A DNA stretch of 53,052 bases. Origin: a bacterium (GTDB taxonomy: Bacteria; Patescibacteriota; Saccharimonadia; Saccharimonadales; SZUA-47). Made by a program: the position numbers and the translations under genes. Below are positions 1-7,800 of this stretch, piece after piece. The notes beneath the pieces are model-generated. The model made no database searches. It saw only the letters and a program-made list of their open reading frames with translations, and was not told the DNA's origin. The stretch's first letter is position 1. The number at the start of each line of letters is the position of its first letter. Where the stretch lies: contig RFTN01000005.1 in assembly GCA_009923445.1 (NCBI GenBank), positions 1-53,052 of the forward strand, written 5' to 3'.

Positions 1-1
1 A

Positions 2-88
2 CCTTTTAGTGCACCAACACAAGCGCCTGCACTTGCACCTGTTTCAAGACCACCACCAACACAAGCACCACCTGCACAAAAACCTTGA
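2..88 (+). CDS. C-terminal end of a Pro/Ala-rich ORF entering from the left edge (partial)
   Basis: Frame 2 is open from the window edge to TGA at 86-88: PFSAPTQAPALAPVSRPPPTQAPPAQKP*. It is low complexity and no start is visible. Confidence 0.3.
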   Translation, partial: PFSAPTQAPALAPVSRPPPTQAPPAQKP

Positions 89-134
89 AAACAATCCAAA
101 TAGCATAAATGTTTAATTATGAAGCTAAACACTG

Positions 135-1160
135 TTATATCAATTGTGTTTTCGATAATGCCAAGATGGATTTACGTTCATGATCTGATTCTACAAACAA
201 GGTCAGTTTGGGATTATCTTTGTAGATTCCTAGGATCCTAAGCGATTGGTAGAACTGTGTAAACCTTTTAAGCCTTGTGTATTGACATGTAAGGTGTCTT
301 GTGTAATCAGAGCTTGTGTAGGATAATCCCCGATTGCTAAGCCTATTGGCAATAAATATGATGTGATTATGTTCTGACAAAGAGTCTATTATTCGTGTAA
401 TGGACTGTATACGAGTTACATTTATTACGTTATTTCTATAGTAAATGCGTTTGTCCGAGGTTAAAAAAACAACTGGAATTTCGGGATAACTGTTTGCGAC
501 GGTGATGGCCAGTTCCTCCATGGCAACCACTGTGTCGAGATGGTTCATAAGCATCATTCCCTTTGGACCATCTAGAAATTGTAATAGTGCATCGTTGTAT
601 TCACTTACTTGAACGTTTATTTTATTCAACCCGTAGTAATTAGGATGCACTTCCAAGTAAATTCGTTTATGAAAAGTAACTTTAGATTCAAGTGATTGTG
701 GTGTGGCTGTGACAAAATATGTTTTCTTGCCAGTAAATGGGCATCCTGAGTAAATTTGGTCTGCTTCGTCTACAATCAATGTAAAGTTTTCATGTTTGAC
801 GTGTTTCCTAAAGTAGCTGTAACGGAAGAAATTTGCCATTACCAAAACTGTGTCACAAGTAAGTGACATTGTTGTCTTTTCTATGACTTGTGCACGGATA
901 CCCTCGTTTTCAAGTCGAGTCTTGTATTGTTGTAGTACCAATAGGGAATTTTGTACTACAACTACCTTTAAACCACGTGTTTTATGTAAAATATCAAAAA
1001 TCGCTTTGGTCTTTCCTCCTTGGACGTGACCGTGAATCAGTATATGTTTTTCAAATTTGGAAAGAGCCGAATTTGAAATGACATCTTGAAGTGACATAGC
1101 AATTTGATAGTCATCTGCAAATTCGATAATTCGTTCAATTATTTCAATTGGGAGTTTCAT
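135..1160 (-). CDS. P-loop NTPase, SF2 helicase-like
   Basis: 341-aa ATG ORF with a Walker A-like GHVQGGKTKA and a Walker B/DEAD-like TLIVDEADQIY. The family cannot be assigned without a search. Confidence 0.6.
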   Translation of the reverse strand: MKLPIEIIERIIEFADDYQIAMSLQDVISNSALSKFEKHILIHGHVQGGKTKAIFDILHKTRGLKVVVVQNSLLVLQQYKTRLENEGIRAQVIEKTTMSLTCDTVLVMANFFRYSYFRKHVKHENFTLIVDEADQIYSGCPFTGKKTYFVTATPQSLESKVTFHKRIYLEVHPNYYGLNKINVQVSEYNDALLQFLDGPKGMMLMNHLDTVVAMEELAITVANSYPEIPVVFLTSDKRIYYRNNVINVTRIQSITRIIDSLSEHNHIIFIANRLSNRGLSYTSSDYTRHLTCQYTRLKRFTQFYQSLRILGIYKDNPKLTLFVESDHERKSILALSKTQLI

Positions 1161-1212
1161 TGTAATCTACTGTAAAATCCTTTTAGTTTTCACTTTTTTT
1201 TATGCCATCAAG

Positions 1213-3954
1213 TCAATTAATTGCAATACCACGCTTGGAACTAATATTGAAACTTTCAGTGATGTCGATTTGTTCTATAATTTCAAGTGTAAAGCTGTAG
1301 TCAAGGTCGTTGAATTCATAGAATGAACCATCGTAATTGACAATGGAGAACTCGAGCTCATTTAGGTTATCTAATGGAACAGTAGTAAAATCCTTTGGAT
1401 TGCTCAAAAAAGAAAACACCATATTTCCAGGGGATTGGTCTAGTGTAATGCGTGCAAATATATTTCGCACATTTCCGGTATTGAGCATTGTGCTGAGTTG
1501 AGGGCAGCACAAGAAAGCGTAATTCTCACCTTGTAGATTAATGCTTCTATTTAACAAGTCGTTTTTCGTGTTTGTTTGAATACCATTGAAACCATGAATC
1601 AAGCTGCTGATGAAAACGTTATTGCCACCACCGGTTTCTATGGATTGTGCTTGGGCATTGTTGTTATAAAAGGTAAATGTATCTTTGTCAATAATGTCCC
1701 TCAAGGTGAAAAGTGTACCGTTGATCGACGTTGATGACATTTCGCCAACCGTGGTCGCGCCATAAATATAAAAGTCTTGATTGTATCGCATAACACCGCT
1801 TGTTGCTGGTGTAGTCAATGCTGCCCCAAAAAGTATAGTAAATGTATCAGTAGTAGGCACAGATTGAATTGTATAACCACCATCCACAGATGGCACGCTG
1901 TTTGTCTGTGATAACCTGACCTTTTGCCCCACTGTGTAATTGTGTGCTAGCTGAGTTTGAACAACTAATACATTTGGTGTGTTTGAAGGCAATACACTCA
2001 CAATTTTATTGAACTTGTGGTCTGGAAATGTTACTGTGACTAATCCCGTACCAATAAACGCTTTTCCGTTACTTACCGATTGCTCATCATAACTCGTGAC
2101 CGTAGAGTTGATAACGATGACTGTTGGTGATGGCACAAGAAATACACGTGTGGTGGTGACAAGTGGTACTGTGTTCACATTGTTTAAGTATATTACATCA
2201 GACACTTGCAAATTATGAGGTTGTGTACAGACAATTGTGACAAGAGCCCCTGAAATGGATATCGAGCTGATAGGCACAGTGTACGTTGTAAGAGGTTTAT
2301 TCTGAGCAAAATACCCCTCGTTGCTTGGATAACTCGATGACACATCTGAAAGGATATATCCTGGAAATATCAACTGAGTGTCCGAGAGCACGCCAAAAAG
2401 GACATTGTCCCCGTCAAGTGATGGTATTGTGTTGGTGCCTGCTAAATTGACCTGTGTCGTAATTATGCTGTTTGTGTAGTTGTGTTTTGTAAAGGTTGTG
2501 ACAATCACCGTTTGCACAAGGACATTGTCAATTTGAAGAATGGTATATGTTACTCCATTTACTGTGAGTTCTCCTTGATTAAACACTGAAATAGAAATGG
2601 CTTGGTCAACAGAAATCTGTATAGAATTCGTGGTAGGAACCCCCGTAATGACTTTGGTACCGTCGATGCTAGGAATCGTTCCAGTAGAAGCAACTGTACA
2701 AACACTGCCAATATTGGATACAGTAAGGTTGTGAGGAGTTGTAAAAGTAATCTTTACCTGATACAAGTTTTCAATGGACTTTATGTACGTTTGTATCTTT
2801 TCACTACTGTTTTCAAGTGGGTATCCTATATTTTGGGCAATAGTATTTGAGTATTCCCCGAACAACAACTGAAAAGGAGCTATTTTACCTGTATTCACTA
2901 CATTGCCACCCCCTTGAACGGTGTCAGCCGCCTTGACATTAACTTCGATTGTGAATTCATTTACATTGAGCACTGTGATCTTGTGATCCGTATTGATGGT
3001 TGAGGTTGCTATTCCTGCAATGGTTTTTGCACCCAAAAGGTAAACAGTGTCTCCAGTACTATATCCATGAGCAGGAGCGAATATTTTAAGAATGCCTAGT
3101 CCAATGGTTGTTGAAATGGGATTGTTTGGGAGCTGTGTAAGAGTAAGCGAAGTAAATGTAACAATGTCCGTACTAATGTCTAATGTAATGTCAAAGTAAT
3201 GAAAATCACCTACACCATTACGACGCTTTACCAGATCCATTGTAGTTGTCATCTCCGTTTGCAGTGTAGAAGCAATGTAACTTCCAATACGTATTTGAAC
3301 ACTGTACACAGGGTACATATTTGTCAAGCTGTTTGTCGTGTCTGTGTCAATGTCCTCTTTGTTTCTCCAATAAATCATATTGTTGTTGCTATTAATGACC
3401 GCGTTTGTATTTGGGAATTCCATGCTTGCCAGACGAATGCTCCGCACATTGTAAAAAGACCGCCCAAGAAAAACCTTGAATTTGCCTGCCTTTGGATACA
3501 CTACTTTATTTCTATCACGACTGTCAATGCTCACATATGTCTTGATTTCCTTAATAAGTCTTTTAGATTCTATACTAGATGCATATGCCGCACGAGCACC
3601 GGTGCTTGTGCTTGATACTCCACCCGGTACCCCAGCGCCTGTACTAGCGCCAGCGCCAGCGCTCGGTACGCTCTGTACGCTCGGTACGCCAGCGCTCGCT
3701 ACGCTTGCTATACTCGGAGCTCTAAAACTATTTGTGTTTAGAATATTTGATTCGTCTGTTTCATCTGTTAGTGATACGCTTCTCAAAGATATTCTGTCTA
3801 AACTCTGCCTAAGCTTTCGTTCTTCTGATTCGTCAATAGTTTTTCGATAGTACCTCCTGAAGGAATCATTGACTGACGGATCCACTTCACCTGTCAAATC
3901 TGGAGAATTCACAAACACGTTTGTAGATAAAATGTCGTTCTCGTCCAAATTCAT
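1213..3954 (-). CDS. Large structural-protein candidate: jelly-roll-like (penton-like) N- and C-terminal segments around a ~430-aa internal repeat region
   Basis: 913-aa ORF. Residues ~135-285 (YVSIDSRDRNKVVYP...VRSIRLASMEFPN) and ~800-895 (ENYAFLCCPQL...IFARITLDQ...YSFTLEII) resemble viral single jelly-roll strands. Residues ~288-712 hold about six copies of a ~55-aa module, [PKA]H(N/G)[LY]..G..V.L......P(S)(L/V)DG...I..V....F.I. Confidence 0.5.
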   Translation of the reverse strand: MNLDENDILSTNVFVNSPDLTGEVDPSVNDSFRRYYRKTIDESEERKLRQSLDRISLRSVSLTDETDESNILNTNSFRAPSIASVASAGVPSVQSVPSAGAGASTGAGVPGGVSSTSTGARAAYASSIESKRLIKEIKTYVSIDSRDRNKVVYPKAGKFKVFLGRSFYNVRSIRLASMEFPNTNAVINSNNNMIYWRNKEDIDTDTTNSLTNMYPVYSVQIRIGSYIASTLQTEMTTTMDLVKRRNGVGDFHYFDITLDISTDIVTFTSLTLTQLPNNPISTTIGLGILKIFAPAHGYSTGDTVYLLGAKTIAGIATSTINTDHKITVLNVNEFTIEVNVKAADTVQGGGNVVNTGKIAPFQLLFGEYSNTIAQNIGYPLENSSEKIQTYIKSIENLYQVKITFTTPHNLTVSNIGSVCTVASTGTIPSIDGTKVITGVPTTNSIQISVDQAISISVFNQGELTVNGVTYTILQIDNVLVQTVIVTTFTKHNYTNSIITTQVNLAGTNTIPSLDGDNVLFGVLSDTQLIFPGYILSDVSSSYPSNEGYFAQNKPLTTYTVPISSISISGALVTIVCTQPHNLQVSDVIYLNNVNTVPLVTTTRVFLVPSPTVIVINSTVTSYDEQSVSNGKAFIGTGLVTVTFPDHKFNKIVSVLPSNTPNVLVVQTQLAHNYTVGQKVRLSQTNSVPSVDGGYTIQSVPTTDTFTILFGAALTTPATSGVMRYNQDFYIYGATTVGEMSSTSINGTLFTLRDIIDKDTFTFYNNNAQAQSIETGGGNNVFISSLIHGFNGIQTNTKNDLLNRSINLQGENYAFLCCPQLSTMLNTGNVRNIFARITLDQSPGNMVFSFLSNPKDFTTVPLDNLNELEFSIVNYDGSFYEFNDLDYSFTLEIIEQIDITESFNISSKRGIAIN

Positions 3955-3975
3955 ATTACATTAGGTCTGAAAAAG

Positions 3976-4007
3976 GTAACACAAATCCACCGCGGAACAT
4001 TTGTGTT
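3976..4007 (-). terminator. Perfect 10-bp stem hairpin between two tandem minus-strand genes
   Basis: TAACACAAAT-(12 nt loop ccaccgcggaac)-ATTTGTGTTA lies 13 nt downstream of the stop of the 4020-4523 gene. It could be a 3'-end formation signal. Confidence 0.35.
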
Positions 4008-4019
4008 AGCTAAATGGTG

Positions 4020-4523
4020 TTAACGATGTATAAGAGTAACTAGGAAAAGGCCAAATATAATATATGTAATAACTTCCATGATTTCTTCATTGCGTAGTCG
4101 ATCTTTATCAAGGTCCCATTGTTTAATAAGCACATTTTTACAGCGTGAGCAGTCAAGGACGTGTTTGCACATATTGCCACAGTCAGTGTTCTGAAAGGTT
4201 TCTACACGTCTCAACACTGGATGAATGGGCTCTGTTGGTTGGTGGACGTATGTTCCCTTTTCCAGGGATACGGGGTGGGCCAATAGGCTTTGAGTAAATT
4301 GGTTCAGTTGAGATTGTGGGTCTGCTGGTTGAACCTCAAGGGGTTGAGGTGCTTTTGCGTAATTAGATATAACTCTGTCCGTAACCACATTCGGTGGTGT
4401 ATCAAGTTTCTTTGCGCTCTCTTCTGCAGCATCAATAGCATTTAGGCTACGAAAAATGTAATCCTCGTAGTCTACACTACTTACATAATTAGGAAACACA
4501 TTTTTCAGATAGCTATAGCTCAT
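4020..4523 (-). CDS. Hypothetical protein with a Cys cluster and a C-terminal transmembrane anchor
   Basis: 167-aa ATG ORF with CGNMCKHVLDCSRCKN followed by a hydrophobic tail, VITYIIFGLFLVTLI. Confidence 0.7.
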   Translation of the reverse strand: MSYSYLKNVFPNYVSSVDYEDYIFRSLNAIDAAEESAKKLDTPPNVVTDRVISNYAKAPQPLEVQPADPQSQLNQFTQSLLAHPVSLEKGTYVHQPTEPIHPVLRRVETFQNTDCGNMCKHVLDCSRCKNVLIKQWDLDKDRLRNEEIMEVITYIIFGLFLVTLIHR

Positions 4524-4589
4524 CTCTTTAATCTGAAGTACATAAAAAATTTGTGGAAAAAAACAAATTTTGTTTATTGTGTTAAATTA

Positions 4590-4844
4590 ATGGTAATACA
4601 GTTTGTACTTCGTGGAATTATATTGGCTTTGCTCTATTTTGAAGTTACAAAAGCTAATGATACCACGCTAAAAAACGTATGCCTTTTTGTAGCGTTTTAT
4701 TTGTTGCTGATAGCAGGTGCAAATTTGGCAGGTATAGATAGCAATGTCATTACAAGTGCATTCTTAACAAAGTGCGTGTTTACTCTTGTCGACACTCAGA
4801 TCAAACGTGATCCGGAATCAAACTCCCTTGTTAACCGCCATTGA
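4590..4844 (+). CDS. Small multi-pass membrane protein (hypothetical)
   Basis: The track ORF starts on TTG at 4551 and the first ATG is at 4590. It has three hydrophobic segments. Its 3' end overlaps the convergent neighbour by 27 nt. Confidence 0.4.
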   Translation: MVIQFVLRGIILALLYFEVTKANDTTLKNVCLFVAFYLLLIAGANLAGIDSNVITSAFLTKCVFTLVDTQIKRDPESNSLVNRH

Positions 4845-5993
4845 TCTTTCAACTATTTTCTTAGGACGTCCAACACGGCGTTTCAACGGAATACTTCTTA
4901 GGACGTCCTCTGAATTATCTAGTTCGCTTTGAAGAATCTGCTCAAGCTCAATTTGCTGAGTTTGAGGTGGTTGTTGTTGGGCTTGCTGCTCTGTTCGTTT
5001 TTGCATTGTCTGTAAAATTCTATTGATTTCTTCAGCGTCTCCAATATTTGTCTTTGGCGGTTGCAATCGCGATTCTCCATAATCAGTCGTCTCTGTTTTT
5101 GCAAAAACCGTTTCTACAGGGGGCCGTGATTGAGGCTGTGGTGGTTGTGGTGCTTGTTGTTGGGAACCACCTAAGAATGCCTTTAATAGACTTGCCGGGT
5201 CCATTTTTGTGATCTTCTTTGAAATACTAAACATCACACCTGAACTAACAATCATAAATATGAGTTTTAATTCGGGTGACATCTGGCCCCGTCCCTTGTA
5301 TTTCTCATACAGTTCTGCTAGGACCTCGTCATACTCCTGATTCTCCATGGAATACCCCATGCTCTCGCTCCAACCATCCAAGTCAACGCCAAGCGGATCA
5401 AACTTGTTATTAAGCATCTCAATACCTTGCACACCGAGCAACAACATTCTTTTGAAAAATCCCACTGAACGTTCGTTTTGAATCTCCATTCGGACACGTT
5501 CATATTCGTTTCGAATCTCATCGAGACTGTTATTCATGTCCAGCTTAAGTGAACTATACTTTCCTGAAGCATTCAACTTGGAAAATCTGTAAAGCAGTTC
5601 GGATTTTTCTTTTCGTGCGGTCTCGGACTTGTTTTCTTTTGTTACACGCTTTTGTTTTTTCTTGTCTACAGTTGAACTTGTGCTAGAACTGCTGCTTGTG
5701 GAAGTGCTAGAACTACTTTTTGATTTCGATTTTGTTTCTTTGGCCTTTGGTGGTGGTGGAGTAACAGGGGTCAGTTTAACTTTTTCTTCCATACTATCAG
5801 CAACATCTGATTGAATTTCACTTACGGAAACATGGCTTGACTTTTTGTTGAGCTTTTTCTTGTTGGCCATCAACTCGAGCTGCGATAAACTTATTTCATC
5901 AGTGTCAATGTCGAGTGCCTTTTTAGGCTCGCTTGTAATAATAGGTTGAACTGGATCCTTAGAATCTAGAAGGGAATCTTTTAATTCTTCCAT
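4818..5993 (-). CDS. Hypothetical protein: Ser/Lys-rich N-terminal half, conserved-looking middle segment with a hydrophobic helix, Gln/Pro-rich tail
   Basis: 391-aa ATG ORF with a poly-S tract (KSKSSSSTSTSSSSSTSS), then FFKRMLLLGVQGIEMLNNKFDPLGVDLDGW...LKLIFMIVSSGVMFSI. Confidence 0.75.
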   Translation of the reverse strand: MEELKDSLLDSKDPVQPIITSEPKKALDIDTDEISLSQLELMANKKKLNKKSSHVSVSEIQSDVADSMEEKVKLTPVTPPPPKAKETKSKSKSSSSTSTSSSSSTSSTVDKKKQKRVTKENKSETARKEKSELLYRFSKLNASGKYSSLKLDMNNSLDEIRNEYERVRMEIQNERSVGFFKRMLLLGVQGIEMLNNKFDPLGVDLDGWSESMGYSMENQEYDEVLAELYEKYKGRGQMSPELKLIFMIVSSGVMFSISKKITKMDPASLLKAFLGGSQQQAPQPPQPQSRPPVETVFAKTETTDYGESRLQPPKTNIGDAEEINRILQTMQKRTEQQAQQQPPQTQQIELEQILQSELDNSEDVLRSIPLKRRVGRPKKIVERSMAVNKGV

Positions 5994-6055
5994 TGTTTGT
6001 TAGTACTAGTAAATTTAAATGTCACTTTTGGCCGACAAACTCAATTTTATCTGAA

Positions 6056-6820
6056 TTACAATTTTGTAATTACAAATGTTGTGATAACTGCAGAACTCAT
6101 TTCGGGAATGTCATTTGTTGTGTCTCCTCTATTTAACGTCTCTAGTTGTAAGGTGTCTCGAACTACTAAGTCGACCAATTTCAGTTTCACGTTACTATTT
6201 CTTGTGTAGGAAATAAAAAGTTGATCCAATGTCATTCCGTATATCTTTTGCAAATTGCTCATCTCGTGTGCAGTAAGTAAATACAAGTTTCTGAAGCCAC
6301 CTATTTCGGTTATTGGGTTGTGATTAATATCCAGTACTTCAAGGCTTGGCATTTTGCCTAAAACTTCTATTTGATTATGTGAGCAATCAAGTCTTTTTAA
6401 ATTTCCAAAGTCACCAACAATCTGTTTTATATTATTGTCATTGCAATACAGTTCATGTAGTTTAGGCATACTGGGGACGTTTGAAACACCTAGTCCACCA
6501 ATGTCCACACTTCTATCCATGTTATACCACACCAAATACCTCTTGAATATGCTTCCTAATTTGTAGGATCCGTCTTCCCGTTTGTATTTGTTAATGTCTA
6601 CATAAACGTACTTGTACTTGTCTTTGTGACGTACTCTGTCAAGATACACCACAGATCTTTGGTCTTCATAGTCAACATAACAGCTCTTCAAGACTTTTCT
6701 CAATATGACATTCTTGTGGTTTCTGCATATCTCATTGTATTCTTTGTTTACCTTGCACACATTCCACAAGGTATCTGGATCCAAATTACTCAACAATTCA
6801 ATTACCGTATCAACGTTCAT
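6056..6820 (-). CDS. Leucine-rich-repeat protein with an F-box-like N-terminus
   Basis: 254 aa. It has LRR units such as LKRLDCSHNQIEVLGKMPSLEVLDINHNPITEIGGFRNL, and the N-terminus (LLSNLDPDTLWNVCKVNKEYNEICRN) is F-box-like. Confidence 0.7.
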   Translation of the reverse strand: MNVDTVIELLSNLDPDTLWNVCKVNKEYNEICRNHKNVILRKVLKSCYVDYEDQRSVVYLDRVRHKDKYKYVYVDINKYKREDGSYKLGSIFKRYLVWYNMDRSVDIGGLGVSNVPSMPKLHELYCNDNNIKQIVGDFGNLKRLDCSHNQIEVLGKMPSLEVLDINHNPITEIGGFRNLYLLTAHEMSNLQKIYGMTLDQLFISYTRNSNVKLKLVDLVVRDTLQLETLNRGDTTNDIPEMSSAVITTFVITKL

Positions 6821-6890
6821 CTAGTTTACTTTATGGCAAACTTTTTATTTATACAATTACCCAGTTCCCACACCCCGCTGTGTTATGTAG

Positions 6891-7724
6891 TTATTCTGTA
6901 ACACCGCACAACAGGAATCGCATTATACCCAAGTCTGCAACAAAGTATTCAAGGATAAGTGGTTTATCATTTTTTAGAAGAATGTTCATATTGTCACAAA
7001 GGTGTGAAGCTTTGATAAAGTTCATGAGATGACTGAGCTTGTATCGTCCTTGAACTATTTTGTCAAGACTTTTCTCAAATTTTACAGACCGAATGATTTC
7101 ACCATTTTGTTCCAAAAGTGTTCGTTGGTCCTTGTTGAGACTATCATCTATTTCTGAGATGGCTGTTTTGAATGATGCAAGACCATCTTCACAACTAAAA
7201 ATCAGCTGTTTTGACAAGGACTTGATTTCGACAACCTTACCTTCAAGCAATTGAATGTCCTTGATAATTTGTTGAAAGTGAGCTGAAGGAATATTAATAA
7301 CATAATCAAAACTCATTTCGGGGATATTAATTACTTTTTCGTCGAGGGCCAACATAGGAATTTTGTAGTCCTTGACCTTGCCCATAAAAGGATCCGCTAA
7401 TTCAATACCAAGGTTGTCTTCATCACTTTTGTTGACATAAAATGTAATGGTTTCCCTACGATTAGCAGACTTGATCGTCTTGAAGAGGACATTTGTGTCA
7501 ATGCCCACGATAACCGGTCGCTCACAGTAGTAGCTTTCAAATTTTTTAGCATCGAGCTTGATGTAGGTCAAACTGACTTTGCTGGGGTCCATTGTGGAAA
7601 TTTTCAACCCATCCTTGTTAATGACGATATTTGTCTCTTTGATGTATGGCTTGATTGTCTCAAATAAACTTTTTAGAATCATGCTCTTAAGCGTTTTTAT
7701 TTCGAATACGCGTTCAGTTTGCAT
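6891..7724 (-). CDS. PCNA: Proliferating cell nuclear antigen (DNA sliding clamp)
   Basis: 277 aa. The length and two-domain pattern fit PCNA (FEIKTLKSMILKSLFETIKPYIKETNIVINKDGLKISTMDPSKVSLTYIKL...; second-domain repeat ...AHFQQIIKDIQLLEGKVVEIK...). Confidence 0.85.
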   Translation of the reverse strand: MQTERVFEIKTLKSMILKSLFETIKPYIKETNIVINKDGLKISTMDPSKVSLTYIKLDAKKFESYYCERPVIVGIDTNVLFKTIKSANRRETITFYVNKSDEDNLGIELADPFMGKVKDYKIPMLALDEKVINIPEMSFDYVINIPSAHFQQIIKDIQLLEGKVVEIKSLSKQLIFSCEDGLASFKTAISEIDDSLNKDQRTLLEQNGEIIRSVKFEKSLDKIVQGRYKLSHLMNFIKASHLCDNMNILLKNDKPLILEYFVADLGIMRFLLCGVTE

Positions 7725-7765
7725 TTTATTTGTAGAGTTCTATTGCTTTTAAATGACTGTAGTAA

Positions 7766-7776
7766 TTTTAATTTAG
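7766..7776 (+). promoter_or_regulatory. TTTTAATTTAG 11-mer, 25 nt upstream of the fibre-gene ATG
   Basis: The identical 11-mer recurs at 19282-19292 upstream of the paralogous fibre gene. A related AAATTTAATTA lies upstream of the third paralogue (about 37610-37625). Confidence 0.25.
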
Positions 7777-7800
7777 TAAGTATTTAGTAAGTAATTACAT

